Assembly (NCBI GenBank): GCA_963701855.1 | Contig: CAVPBK010000006.1 | Coordinates: forward strand, 1,280,001-1,344,000 | Source: Nitrospirota bacterium | GTDB lineage: Bacteria; Nitrospirota; Nitrospiria; Nitrospirales; Nitrospiraceae | Reading direction: 5' to 3' | DNA: 64,000 bases | Shown here: positions 50,357 to 61,089 of the stretch, piece by piece | Layout: each line of letters begins with the position of its first letter | How positions within the stretch are numbered: the first letter of the stretch is position 1 | Translations under genes and position numbers: made by a program | The notes under the pieces: generated by a model | Seen by the model: only the letters and a program-made list of their open reading frames with translations | What the model was told of the DNA's origin: nothing | Databases searched by the model: none

Positions 50357-51361
50357 ATGATGAAGGCGATGGTCTTGGCGTGCACGGCGGACGTGGGGAC
50401 TGCCCCGCTGCAGCTTCGCGAACTTCCAGTACCGGAGCCAGGTCCCGGAGAAGTCTTGGTCCGCATCACTGTCTGTGGGATCTGCCGGACGGATCTTCAC
50501 GTCATCGAAGGTGAGTTGGCCGATCCTTCGCTTCCGCTCATTCCCGGCCACCAAGCCGTCGGAATCGTGAGTCAGGTCGGCGCGGGCGTGAGTGAGCGGA
50601 CGGTCGGTGAGCGAGTCGGAATCGCCTGGCTGCAGCACACGTGCGGTATCTGTGAGTTTTGCACGAGCGGGCGCGAGAACCTGTGTGAGAGCGCCAGGTT
50701 TACCGGCTATCAGGTTGATGGAGGATACGCGGAGTACGCGATAGTCCCAGCAGTCTTTGCCTATCCGATTCCACCGGTCTTCAGTGATGCAGAGGCAGCC
50801 CCCCTCCTCTGCGCAGGAATCATCGGCTACCGCGCGTTACGTCTGAGTGGAATCCAGCCGGGTCAACGGATCGGTCTCTATGGATTTGGTGCGTCCGCTC
50901 ACATTGCCATCCAGATTGCTCGTCATTGGGGCTGTCAGGTCTATGTCAGCTCGTTGAAACTGGAGCATCAACGTCTTGCCCGTGAATTAGGCGCTTCGTG
51001 GGTGGGAGGGGCGACCGACCGGCCGCCTGACAAACTCCACGGCTCGATCATCTTTGCACCGGCTGGGGAATTGGTTCCGCCTGCCTTGCGTGCATTAGAG
51101 CGCGGCGGCACGCTCGTCCTCGCCGGTATCCACATGACGCCGATTCCCTCGCTCGACTATGACCGCGAGGTGTTTGGAGAGCGAGTCATTCGAAGCGTCA
51201 CGGCCAATACGAGGCAGGACGGCCTCGATCTCCTGCGTGAGGCGGCTGCGATTCCCATCAAACCCCACACTCTGACGTTTCCCCTCGCGGAGGCCAACCG
51301 TGCGTTGCAGAAGTTAAAATCCGGGCAGTATTCAGGCGCAGGAGTGCTCATTTTGTCGTAA
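50357..51361 (+). CDS. Zinc-dependent alcohol dehydrogenase family protein
   Basis: CRTDLH, GHQ, C..C..C.......C, LLCAGIIG, GFGASAH. Confidence 0.94.
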   Translation: MMKAMVLACTADVGTAPLQLRELPVPEPGPGEVLVRITVCGICRTDLHVIEGELADPSLPLIPGHQAVGIVSQVGAGVSERTVGERVGIAWLQHTCGICEFCTSGRENLCESARFTGYQVDGGYAEYAIVPAVFAYPIPPVFSDAEAAPLLCAGIIGYRALRLSGIQPGQRIGLYGFGASAHIAIQIARHWGCQVYVSSLKLEHQRLARELGASWVGGATDRPPDKLHGSIIFAPAGELVPPALRALERGGTLVLAGIHMTPIPSLDYDREVFGERVIRSVTANTRQDGLDLLREAAAIPIKPHTLTFPLAEANRALQKLKSGQYSGAGVLILS

Positions 51362-51509
51362 CTATTCCAGAAGAAAGTGCACAGAACTTTATGGCGGGAT
51401 TTGCCGCCCCGCGCCAGACCCGCTTTGTCTTCTAATGTGTATGCGACCACGCCGGATCAGAGTCCCAAGGGAGCTGAGAAGGGAACGCGGTGGAGTTTCC
51501 GTTCAGCAC

Positions 51510-52346
51510 TCAGCGTTTGGCACGCAGCAGCGCGTGAGCCTGCTCGCTGGTTTCTTTGACCAAGATGCCCATCTTCGAGTGTGACGGTTCGAGGTCGATC
51601 GGCCACTCGTGGTGGCGCAGTCGTTCGCTGGCGGTGGGGCCGATGGACGCGACGACCATCTTCTTGAGTGCCGCACGAATACGGTCTACCTTTCCGTCTT
51701 TCTCCAATACCTGCATCACATGGTCCACTTGGGCGGCGTTGGTCAGGAGGAGCACAGGCACCTTCTCAGCGATGATGTCGTCGAGCGCCTGTTTGAGCGG
51801 TCCCAGATCTTCCGGGAGCGTCCAGCGATAGATGGGAACCTGAAAGACATCGGCGCCGCGCTGCTTCAAGGCCTCCAGCAAATCAGGATTCGACGTCCCA
51901 TACTCCTGCACGGCGACGCGCAATCCCTTCACCGGCCGATACTCATCCAGCGTGGAGATCAGATCGACCCAGGTGTTCGGTTCTGGCACCGTCAGCGTCG
52001 GCTGGAGACCGAAAGCTTTGAGCGCTGCGACCGGCTTGGGTCCACGGGCCACAATGGCCGTCTGCCTGAGGGCTGTCACAATCGACGACCAGGGATAGCG
52101 TGCTTTAAGGAGGTCGAACAGCGCGGTGGTGCCGACGCCGGTCAAAAGGATAAGAAGATCGACCCGCTCGGTCGTGAGCCGAACCCCAAACTTCAGTGCT
52201 GCGGAATTGTCATCGAGTGGAATCTCGCGGAGGGCAGGAGTGACGAGCGGATTTCCTCCATGACGTTCGATGAGCCTGGCGATCTCCACCGCCATGCGAG
52301 ACTCAAACGAGGCGACGGTCAGGCCATTGAAACCGACGGTATCCAT
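51510..52346 (-). CDS. hemD: Uroporphyrinogen-III synthase
   Basis: SFESR, LTGVG, ARGPKP, VQEYG, YRW.LP, ASIGPT. Confidence 0.88.
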   Translation of the reverse strand: MDTVGFNGLTVASFESRMAVEIARLIERHGGNPLVTPALREIPLDDNSAALKFGVRLTTERVDLLILLTGVGTTALFDLLKARYPWSSIVTALRQTAIVARGPKPVAALKAFGLQPTLTVPEPNTWVDLISTLDEYRPVKGLRVAVQEYGTSNPDLLEALKQRGADVFQVPIYRWTLPEDLGPLKQALDDIIAEKVPVLLLTNAAQVDHVMQVLEKDGKVDRIRAALKKMVVASIGPTASERLRHHEWPIDLEPSHSKMGILVKETSEQAHALLRAKR

Positions 52347-52479
52347 GATGGCTCAGAGGTAAAAAGGCATAGTGGATTGTTTCTTCAAGATCGCGAGCGT
52401 AGGCATCGTACCATAATTAGCTGGAGATGAAGTGCAGCTGTTGGTTCGAGTGAAGTGATCAAGCCACAAGGATTTTCAA

Positions 52480-52508
52480 TTGACGGAACCGGGTCTGCTC
52501 CCTACTAT
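52480..52508 (+). promoter_or_regulatory. sigma70 promoter
   Basis: TTGACG-17-TACTAT upstream of 52530. Confidence 0.6.
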
Positions 52509-52529
52509 ACGGGCACAATTGAGGATGAC

Positions 52530-52967
52530 ATGAACGCTCCGCTTCATCGAGGATTGCGCCATGTGGCGCTGCGCGTCACGAATCTCATGCGCTCTCGCAC
52601 GTTCTATGAACAGTTGCTGGGGATGAAGGTGGTGTGGGCGCCCGACCTCGACAATGTGTATTTTAGCTCCGGATCGGATAATTTCGCCTTACACCAGATT
52701 CCACCCTCCGAGCTCGCCGCATATCAACCTCTGATGGGGCAATTATTGGATCACCTCGGTGTGATCCTTGAGAGCCCTGAAGCAGTCGATCGAATGTATC
52801 AAGAGGTCGAACCGCGTCTATCTGAATTGGGCGGGCAGGTCGTGAAACCGCCGAAGCAGCATCGCGACGGCAGCTATTCCTTTTACTTTTCCGACCCTGA
52901 TGGGAATGCCATTCAAGCCTTGTACGAACCTACCATCAGCAAACTGAGGTTCAGTGCTGAGACGTGA
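52530..52967 (+). CDS. VOC/glyoxalase family protein
   Basis: GLRHVALRV, FYEQLLGM, LDHLG, HRDG..SFYFSDPDGN. Confidence 0.92.
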   Translation: MNAPLHRGLRHVALRVTNLMRSRTFYEQLLGMKVVWAPDLDNVYFSSGSDNFALHQIPPSELAAYQPLMGQLLDHLGVILESPEAVDRMYQEVEPRLSELGGQVVKPPKQHRDGSYSFYFSDPDGNAIQALYEPTISKLRFSAET

Positions 52968-52988
52968 GTGCTGAGACATAGGAAGGCG

Positions 52989-53389
52989 ATGATGGCTGAG
53001 CGAAACGCAGCAAGGCGGTTCGAGGATCTTATTGCATGGCAAAAGGCACGGGAGTTGACTAAGAAAGTGTACGAGGTAACCGGGAATGGGCACTTTGCGA
53101 GAGACTTCGGATTACGAGATCAGGTCAGACGTTCGTCGGTCTCAATCATGGCTAATTCGAGGGGTTTGAGCGAGCCAGGCAAGCAGAGTTTCACCAGTTC
53201 TTGAGCATTGCCAAGTCCTCTTGCGCGGAGCTTCGCTCTCACTTGTATGTCGCGCATGACGCCAAGTATGTTGATGCCATCATGTTCAACGACCTGATGA
53301 GTCTTGCTCAGGAGGTCTCTCTTGTCCTCGGCGGTCTCAGATCAGCCGTCCAACGTCGCCGCGCAGAACGGGAATCACATGGTCGCTAG
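52989..53389 (+). pseudogene. Four-helix-bundle protein (23S rRNA IVP/TIGR02436 type), frameshifted
   Basis: [10 protein letters not shown]...[15 protein letters not shown] / EGFER...[17 protein letters not shown]; frame break near 53156. Confidence 0.88.
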
Positions 53390-53428
53390 TTCCCACGTCT
53401 CAGCACTCAGCACTCAGCACTCATATCC

Positions 53429-55073
53429 ATGAACCAAATCTGGAACAGCTTACCGCGCGGACAGTATCTCAGCCTCGCGCCCTGGGCCTGGGTTCAATTG
53501 GAGCGTACGGACCCTCTCGGGCCCTTTCCTTTTATTGCAGGGGTGGCGCCGGAAGTCGTCGCGAGTCTTCATGAAGCCCACGGCCTTCTTTCGAGCGCGA
53601 TCGATACGGCCATCAGCGATGTCTTTTCCAAGCGAGCCCCGCTCGACGATCCCGATCGTCAGCGGCGATTGGAAGATGCCTATGCGGAGGTGATCAGTGC
53701 CCGCCCCTATCTGCAGCAGCACATTCGTTGTGGGCGGAGGCCGGATGGTACGTTTCAATGGGAATTTTCGACCGATTCCACAAAATCTTCCACGGTCACA
53801 AACGACGGGCTTCGGATCTTCCATTCCGTGAAGCGACAGGCTATTCCGATCGGGTTCGACCAGCGACAGTTGGGACCGGCGGTGGGAAAAGTCTTGGGGT
53901 TTTTGGACGGCACGCATCAGGCCGACGAAATTAGAACGGTGGTGGCGACCTCGGGGCGAGATGGAGAGCGAGTGCTGACACGGTTGATCGAATCCCTTTA
54001 CCAGCATGAGTGCTTGGTCAGCTCGAGCACTTCCTACATCAGGTCCCACTGGTTCGAGACACTGCAAGATCAAGACACGGTCCATCTCGGTCATGCTGCG
54101 CTGTTGTATCGGCAACAGGACCAGGTATTCTTGTTCGATCCCTGGCTGCTCCCCTGGTTTGCGGAATCCTCCGTCCCGTCGCTGTGTGGATCGCTGCTAC
54201 CTAAACCGGCTGCCGTCTTCTTGACCCATGATCACGACGATCATGTAGATCCTCGAACGCTTTTACACCTCCCCAAAGACACGCCGATCATCGTGCCGAG
54301 CCGAAGGAATCGGCGTACGCTTTTCTACGATTATCTGTCGCTCTTGCGGGAACTGGGATTTGGACATGTGATTGAATTGGCACATGGAGAAAGTTGGGTG
54401 TTCGAAGGCGGGGCCGTGTACTCCGTGCCGTTCTACGGCGAAGACCCCTGCGATCTGGAGATGCCGCGCAACTGCTACCTCATAGCCGATCGCGGCTATA
54501 ACGTGCTCGTGCATGCGGACAGTGGACCGACGAATAGCGGCAAGTCCGCCCTCAAGGACGGAGTGATTCAGGCGCTCGTGCAGCAGCATGGGCCGATCCC
54601 GCTGGTCTTTGCCTCGCAACAACAACTGCGCGAAGTCCGTGGCCATGCGGCTCACGCGCCCTTGTCTCATCCGGGGAAATGGCTCGACGTGGGAGAAAAC
54701 GGCTATCTCACGAATGCGTATCTTGCTGACATCTGTGCGGCGGCGCAGGCCAAGCTGTTCGTGTCGTATGCCACCGGCGGCGCAGAGTGGTATCCGGACC
54801 ATCTCTCGTTTATGTTCAGCCAGCGGAATCCTGCTCAGGACCGCGCTACTGACGGCCCATTGGGAACGGCCAGAAATGCTTAAATATCTTCTCTCCAAGA
54901 ACGGATGCCAGTATCATTACGGTCATGCCCTGGACCTCTTCCACCGCAAGTCCGAAGGGCTGGTGGAACCGATGAAGACCGGAGAGCCCCTGATGCCGAT
55001 CTCGCTCTATCGTCTCGACCACGGCGATCCTCCATTTATGAAAGCTGGCAGTCGTACGACAACATCTCGCTAG
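53429..55073 (+). pseudogene. MBL-fold metallo-hydrolase with a frameshift near 54835
   Basis: HLGHA, DPWL, THDHDDH; C-terminus continues in another frame (RTALLTAHWERPE...) up to the next gene. Confidence 0.75.
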
Positions 55074-55090
55074 ATCAACAAGGACTCACT

Positions 55091-56122
55091 ATGACCAAAC
55101 GAAAGACTCAGAAGCCGCCGATCCTTGTCACCGGTGTCGCCGGATTCATCGGCTTTCATACGGCGAACAAATTGCTGGAGCGAGGTGAGCAGGTGATCGG
55201 ACTCGATAACCTGAGCGACTACTATGATGTGCGACTGAAGAAGGCTCGGTTAGCGAAGCTCAGGCCCTTCAAATCATTTTCCTTCACGAAGCTTGATCTG
55301 GCCAACCGGGCTGGGATGAAGAAGCTGTTCGCGAAGCAACCGATCCGGCGCGTGGTTCATCTGGCAGCTCAAGCTGGTGTGCGCTATTCGTTGGTCAACC
55401 CGCATGCCTATACGGACAGCAACATTGAAGGGTTTCTGAACATTCTGGAAGGCTGCAGGCATGCGGAGGTCGAGCACCTTGTCTATGCCTCATCGAGTTC
55501 CGTCTATGGCGGCAATACCCAGATGCCGTTTTCGATCCACGACAACGTCGATCATCCGGTCTCGCTTTATGCGGCCAGTAAGAAGGCCAATGAACTCATG
55601 GCCCATTGCTATGCTCATCTCTATCGAATTCCCTGCACGGGTCTGCGCTTTTTTACCGTCTATGGGCCCTGGGGAAGGCCCGATATGGCCCTCTTCATCT
55701 TCACGAAGGCGATTCTTGAGGGAAAACCGATCGAGGTCTACAACTACGGAAAGATGCAACGAGACTTTACCTATGTCGATGACATCGTCGAAGGAGTGAT
55801 CCGAACACTCGATCGCCCGGCTACACCCAATCCGTCCTGGTCTGGCGACAAGCCCGATCCCGGAACCAGTTCAGCACCGGCCAGGATCTATAACATCGGC
55901 AACCATCAGCCGGTGGAACTGCTGCGCTTTATCGAGGTGTTGGAGACCGCGTTAGGAAAGAAGGCGGTGAAGAAGCTGTTGCCGATTCAACCTGGCGACG
56001 TGCCGGCGACCTATGCGGATGTCGAGGACCTCACGAGGGACGTCGGATTTTCCCCGGCGACGCCGATCGAAAAAGGTATCGCGCGTTTCGTGCAGTGGTA
56101 TCGGGAGTTCTACAAAAAATGA
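55091..56122 (+). CDS. NAD-dependent epimerase (UDP-glucuronate 4-epimerase type)
   Basis: [43 protein letters not shown]. Confidence 0.95.
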   Translation: MTKRKTQKPPILVTGVAGFIGFHTANKLLERGEQVIGLDNLSDYYDVRLKKARLAKLRPFKSFSFTKLDLANRAGMKKLFAKQPIRRVVHLAAQAGVRYSLVNPHAYTDSNIEGFLNILEGCRHAEVEHLVYASSSSVYGGNTQMPFSIHDNVDHPVSLYAASKKANELMAHCYAHLYRIPCTGLRFFTVYGPWGRPDMALFIFTKAILEGKPIEVYNYGKMQRDFTYVDDIVEGVIRTLDRPATPNPSWSGDKPDPGTSSAPARIYNIGNHQPVELLRFIEVLETALGKKAVKKLLPIQPGDVPATYADVEDLTRDVGFSPATPIEKGIARFVQWYREFYKK

Positions 56123-56182
56123 GGGGCGCCAAGCCTTTCAGATAGCCTGGCACCCCCCAGTCTTTCGCCCTTAATCGATTGG

Positions 56183-56755
56183 CTACTGACAGCCGATCGG
56201 CACGAATCCCGGCCCGAATAGCTTCGACAGTGTGATATATCGCGCGTTGTCGTAGAACGAATAGCTCGGACCCCGCTGGTTTCTTCCGGAAAGATCTCCG
56301 CCGTATGAAGGGTCTGTTCCGTAGAAGAACCCTCCACGAGTTTTCTGAACTAGGTGGATCCATTCTCCATACAGGGAACAGACTTCAGCTTGAACGGACC
56401 CAGATGAGGCGATGCTCGCGTGCCAATCTTTGGCCCAGTCCGGGACAGTCTGTCCTCCACCGATCACACCGGTCTGATTGCGGTCGGGGTATGGAGGAAT
56501 ATTGTACTGAGGAGCTGCGGCCACGCTGGGGCGATAGGTTGGCATGTTGTCCAGCGAGGGCACGACCGACAACTCTTTCAGCGTCATCAGCTTGCAGCCG
56601 GGCAAATCCTTGTTGGTGTAGAGGGCGCTCCCATCGGCTTGGGGGCATTCCCGCATCAGGAACGGATCGAAGGCGATCGTCGTATCGGAGAATGCCGACG
56701 TTGAGGACAGGGTAAAGATCGCTGCGGCAATCATGAGCACATGGGTGGGCTGCAT
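56183..56755 (-). CDS. Hypothetical exported protein
   Basis: GGGAGG RBS, signal peptide, C..DG..YTN...GC N-terminal motif. Confidence 0.75.
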   Translation of the reverse strand: MQPTHVLMIAAAIFTLSSTSAFSDTTIAFDPFLMRECPQADGSALYTNKDLPGCKLMTLKELSVVPSLDNMPTYRPSVAAAPQYNIPPYPDRNQTGVIGGGQTVPDWAKDWHASIASSGSVQAEVCSLYGEWIHLVQKTRGGFFYGTDPSYGGDLSGRNQRGPSYSFYDNARYITLSKLFGPGFVPIGCQ

Positions 56756-57110
56756 CGCGCACCTCCCTTGAGACGGTGGAACAGACAGGGCTTGCATCAT
56801 CGTTCGCCTTTCTTGATTGTACTCACCGATTGTATTGACAAGCTATTCTGCCAGAGCCAAAGCTGTCTATTCATCTTTCGAGGGGGGCCAAGCTACCGAC
56901 GAGGGGCTCGCCAGTTGGCTCAGATAGCCGATTGTCCGAGATCGAGGGCTCAATCGATTCGGGGTGTACGCCTTCTACATTCGGCAAGACGAGATCGGTT
57001 TCCATCGAACAGGCAGCTTTGCCTTGTTCCCTCCTCGTTGCTGGGGTATTCTCCGACTCGAACCCGTGAAACGCTCGAGGAATCTTCCTCCGTGGCTCCC
57101 CTCACTCCTC

Positions 57111-59117
57111 ATGACTGACTACGGTGTGCTTGCAAATCTGCTCGTGATCTTTACGTCGTCGATCGCCGTTGTCTTTGTATTCCATCAGTTTCGGCTTCCC
57201 TCGATTGCAGGATTCTTGGTTGCCGGCGCGCTCATCGGACCCTATGGGTTGAATCTCATCTCAGACATCGGCACGGTCCAAGCCTTGGCGGAGATCGGGA
57301 TCGTCCTGCTTCTTTTCACCATCGGCATCGAATTCTCGTTGGTGCATTTGGTCTCCATGCGCCGCCTCATGTTTTTGGCCGCGCCGATCCAGGTCGGCGG
57401 CGTACTGTTGATTGCGTGGTTCGGAGCGGTGCTGGCCGGACTGTCTTGGCAGCAAGGGGTGTTCTGGGGGTTTCTCTTCTCCTTGAGCAGCACGGCGATC
57501 GTGTTAAAAACCTTGGCTGAACGTGGGGAAAGCGACTCAATTCATGGCCGAGCCACGATCGGCATTCTCGTTTTTCAAGATTTGGCCGTCGTACCCATGA
57601 TGTTGTTGACGCCGATTCTTGGCGGCCAATCGGATGGAAGCGGGCTGGCGATTCTGCTCACATTGGGGAAGTCGATTCTTGTCGTCGCGCTCGTCATTGC
57701 AGGCTCCTGGTATCTGGTCCCCAAGGTGTTGGGGCATATCGTTCGCAGCCGCAGCCGCGAGCTGTTCTTGCTGACGATCATCGTCTCCTGTCTCGGCATC
57801 GCGTGGCTCAGCTCACTCGGCGGTCTCTCGTTGGCGTTGGGCGCGTTCATCGCCGGGTTGGTCATTTCTGAATCGGAGTACAGCCATCAAGCCATGGCCG
57901 AAGTGCTGCCGTTCCGCGACAGTTTCAACAGTCTCTTCTTCGTGTCAATCGGCATCCTTATGGACTGGCGGGTGTTACTCGCGCATCCGTTGCCGGTGGT
58001 CGGACTCCTCGTGACGGTTCTGCTGGTGAAATTTGTCGCCGGGGCCGGAGCGGTTCTGTTGGCGGAGATCCCCCTCCGGTCGGCGATTATGGTGGGCATC
58101 GCCCTGGCCCAGGTTGGAGAGTTCAGTTTCCTGTTGGCGCAGCAAGGGCAGGAGAGCGGTTTCTTGCGGGGCGATCCGTATCAGGTCTTTCTCGCGGTCT
58201 CGGTGCTTTCCATGATCGTGACGCCCTTTCTCATGCAGTGGTCGCCGCACCTGGCCCGCCGCGTCGAAGCATGGCAACGGCTTCGTCATTGGCTGCCTAA
58301 TCGCACCACCGCCCACGTCCTCCAGACCGAAAAAAAGCAGATTCGGTTGAAGGATCACGTCATTATTGTGGGGTATGGGTTGAACGGAAGGAATCTCGCC
58401 CGTGTCCTTGGCGATACGGAGATCCCGTATCTCGCCTTGGATCTCGACGGCGATACGGTCGGCCGCGAGGCAAAACATGGAGTGCCCATCTATTATGGCG
58501 ATGGCACGAATCCGAATGTGCTGCGGCATATGAGGATCGAGGATGCGAAGGTGTTGGTGGTCGCCATTTCTGATCCCTTTATCACCAGGCGAGCAGTGCA
58601 GGTGGCCAAGGGACTCAACCCCAAACTCCATGTTGTCGTGCGGACCCGCTATCTGCGCGAATTGGAGGAGCTGCACCAACTCGGCGCGGATGATGTGGTG
58701 CCGGAGGAATTCGAAACCTCCATTGAGATCTTTGCCTTAGTGCTCCGCACCTATAAACTGCCGCAGGTTTTTGTGACGGAAAAAGCCAACCAGGTTCGCC
58801 GTGAAGGCTACGCCTTGCTTCGTCGCAGCGAATTGCCGGAACTTGCGCATCATCTTCGTGGCGGAACCTTGGCCGATGCAGCAGTCGAAACCTGCCGCAT
58901 CGACGACGATTCGCCTGCGCAAGGGAAGACGTTGGCTGAGATTGCTCTCCGTCCGCGCACTGGCGCTTCGGTGATTGCCTGGACACGTGATGGGGTGACG
59001 CAAGCAAATCCGTCGGAGAACACTCGGTTGATAATGGGCGATATAGTGGTATTAATCGGTTCGCGCGCCCAGATTCGGCAGGCGATGGGTCTCTTAGTGC
59101 AGATGGGTGAGAAATGA
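57111..59117 (+). CDS. Kef-type CPA2 antiporter with TrkA-N and TrkA-C domains
   Basis: LLFTIGIEFS, SSTAIV, FQD, AQVGEFSF, VGYGLNG, YGDGT. Confidence 0.94.
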   Translation: MTDYGVLANLLVIFTSSIAVVFVFHQFRLPSIAGFLVAGALIGPYGLNLISDIGTVQALAEIGIVLLLFTIGIEFSLVHLVSMRRLMFLAAPIQVGGVLLIAWFGAVLAGLSWQQGVFWGFLFSLSSTAIVLKTLAERGESDSIHGRATIGILVFQDLAVVPMMLLTPILGGQSDGSGLAILLTLGKSILVVALVIAGSWYLVPKVLGHIVRSRSRELFLLTIIVSCLGIAWLSSLGGLSLALGAFIAGLVISESEYSHQAMAEVLPFRDSFNSLFFVSIGILMDWRVLLAHPLPVVGLLVTVLLVKFVAGAGAVLLAEIPLRSAIMVGIALAQVGEFSFLLAQQGQESGFLRGDPYQVFLAVSVLSMIVTPFLMQWSPHLARRVEAWQRLRHWLPNRTTAHVLQTEKKQIRLKDHVIIVGYGLNGRNLARVLGDTEIPYLALDLDGDTVGREAKHGVPIYYGDGTNPNVLRHMRIEDAKVLVVAISDPFITRRAVQVAKGLNPKLHVVVRTRYLRELEELHQLGADDVVPEEFETSIEIFALVLRTYKLPQVFVTEKANQVRREGYALLRRSELPELAHHLRGGTLADAAVETCRIDDDSPAQGKTLAEIALRPRTGASVIAWTRDGVTQANPSENTRLIMGDIVVLIGSRAQIRQAMGLLVQMGEK

Positions 59118-59121
59118 GCCG

Positions 59122-59165
59122 TTCGCCCGCATTAATCACGAACCCTTGTGAATAATGCGGGCTAG
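59122..59165. repeat. Minimal family A element (ends only), likely bidirectional terminator
   Basis: GCCCGCATTAATCACGA-ACCC-TTGTGAATAATGCGGGCTAG between convergent genes. Confidence 0.78.
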
Positions 59166-59833
59166 CGCCCGGACGTTGTCATGAGCTGATAGGCCTCGTC
59201 CAGCGTTGCCACTTCGATGATTGTGATGTTCCATCTGGCTGCCAGTAGGGAGAGATCCTGGTCAGCCTTGTCTAGCTGCCCGCGAGGCACCAGTATGGTT
59301 TTATACTGTGCGCGAGCCGCCGCTTCGACTTTGATGAGGAGGGCACCCACCGACTCGATCTGACCGTCCGGCATGATTGTCCCGGTCAGAGCGACATCTG
59401 ACTTGACGCCGTCGCCTCGCCAGGCTGCCACGATGCCGACCGCGACGGCGCTGCTGGCGCTCATTCCCTCGGTCAACGCATTGTATGATCGGTTCTTGAT
59501 CGTAATGGCCCACCCTCGCCCGTCCGTTCCCACTGCTTTCATGGCAGCCAGGACGGCGTGTTTGACGCCGTCTTTCCAATCCTCGCTGACGATTGAGCCG
59601 CCGCCCAGGTTTATCTCATTGAATTGGACAGTCGGCCCCTCTTGTCGAGGGTCTGTGTCGATTTGGAGAACGATGTAGTGGACGATACCGGTCTGTCCAT
59701 CGGCGCGCACACCCAGTGCCGGCACCGTTGCTATACGACGGTTGTCGGCTGACAAGACCGGGAAGGCTTGCGTGCAGAGAATGATCACCGACAGAAGAAC
59801 TATCAGGCGAGGTGTTTTCCGCGTCTTGCTCAT
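59162..59833 (-). CDS. Exported Lon/S16 protease C-terminal domain protein
   Basis: EGMSASSA (Ser), ALTGTIMPDGQIESVG...KVEAA (Lys); signal peptide. Confidence 0.85.
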   Translation of the reverse strand: MSKTRKTPRLIVLLSVIILCTQAFPVLSADNRRIATVPALGVRADGQTGIVHYIVLQIDTDPRQEGPTVQFNEINLGGGSIVSEDWKDGVKHAVLAAMKAVGTDGRGWAITIKNRSYNALTEGMSASSAVAVGIVAAWRGDGVKSDVALTGTIMPDGQIESVGALLIKVEAAARAQYKTILVPRGQLDKADQDLSLLAARWNITIIEVATLDEAYQLMTTSGR

Positions 59834-59855
59834 GGATCATGCGGGCGCAGTGCGG

Positions 59856-60944
59856 TCAACTCTTCCAGCGAAGCGTGACTCGTTCTTTGAGCGGATGGTC
59901 GAGGGGCTGTCCGGTTTGCGCCGATGCGAGATGCGCGGCTTTCAACTTGTAATACCACTTGGCCGGCGTATCGGCATCGTCGATCAGCATCAAGGACGGT
60001 TTGTAGCGTAATCCCACCGCCTGGCGTTCCATCGCTTCTCGATCCTGCGTCATGAAAATGTTGGCGAAGTAGCGAAAGATGGTCTTGGAAAAAGGAACCC
60101 AGCTGAGGCAGTTCCACGCTGCGGTAAAATTGATGCGGCATTGCTGGTCGCCGATCGGCGTAACCGTGGCGCGGCTCGATACGAAGAGCGATCCGCACTG
60201 GACGAATTCGAACCGCTGGTTGGGCAGCACAAAGTCAATGGTCGTCGTCAGCGGCCCGCCGTAAAACAGGTTCAGGAGCTTGTACGGCCCGCTGTTCGTT
60301 GAGGGGGCGTGTGGCACCATGCGGAAGCCGTTGGGAATCGGTTCGAAAGTCTTGGCCTTTTCGTGGATGCTTGCCCTCGTGCGCCACCAGGAGCTTTGAT
60401 GCACAAAGGGGCCGTGAGCCGGGTCCATCAAACCGACGATGCCGTCGTCAATGGTGCAATTCAACAGTGTCGAAATGTGGATCATCCGATAGGGAGACGA
60501 GGGGAGTGGCAGCGGCGGCACGTCCGGGATGGTCTGATTCGGTTGTTGAGGGTCTGGAATGAACACCCACACGTAGCCGTCCCGTTCGCGGCAGGCGTAG
60601 GTGGTGATGCCGATTTTGTCGACGTGAATGGGGGAATTTTCGACCAGAGCAGGGATTCCCCGGCAACGGCCTGCTTGATCGAACCGCCAACCATGGTAGG
60701 CGCACTCGACACAGTCGCCTTCCATTTTGCCGAAGGACAGCGGCATCCCGCGATGAGGACAAATATCCCGCATGGCCGCGACCGCACCCTGTGATGTTTT
60801 GCAGACGAGGATCGGGAGGCTCAGCAGGACCGTCCCTTTCAGGCTGCCGGGAGCGAGTTCACTGCTCAAACAAGCGGGATACCAAAAGCCGAAGAGCGGT
60901 GCGGTCTTAGATGGCTTGATCTCGGTGATGAGGTTGCTATTCAT
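59856..60944 (-). CDS. Rieske non-heme iron oxygenase alpha subunit (VanA-like)
   Basis: CPHRG, CAYHGW, DPAHGPFVH, QDR. Confidence 0.92.
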   Translation of the reverse strand: MNSNLITEIKPSKTAPLFGFWYPACLSSELAPGSLKGTVLLSLPILVCKTSQGAVAAMRDICPHRGMPLSFGKMEGDCVECAYHGWRFDQAGRCRGIPALVENSPIHVDKIGITTYACRERDGYVWVFIPDPQQPNQTIPDVPPLPLPSSPYRMIHISTLLNCTIDDGIVGLMDPAHGPFVHQSSWWRTRASIHEKAKTFEPIPNGFRMVPHAPSTNSGPYKLLNLFYGGPLTTTIDFVLPNQRFEFVQCGSLFVSSRATVTPIGDQQCRINFTAAWNCLSWVPFSKTIFRYFANIFMTQDREAMERQAVGLRYKPSLMLIDDADTPAKWYYKLKAAHLASAQTGQPLDHPLKERVTLRWKS

Positions 60945-61089
60945 GGAAAGAGGGAGGAAATACGTGAGAGGAGCAGCCTGGACTGCGGCAGCAACTTGAT
61001 CGTGAATATAGCGAGTGGGTCATAAGAACGTCAAGCCAGCCGGCACCAAATTGCATCTTCGATTCCCTTCTGCCTCGATCCCATACTTC

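Noticed and set aside
51609..52430. 273-aa plus-strand ORF
   Set aside because: Antisense shadow of hemD
36900..53389. Diversity-generating retroelement (Avd-like four-helix gene plus similar DUF4105 3' ends as TR/VR)
   Set aside because: No reverse transcriptase in the window; differences are not adenine-specific; both repeats are coding
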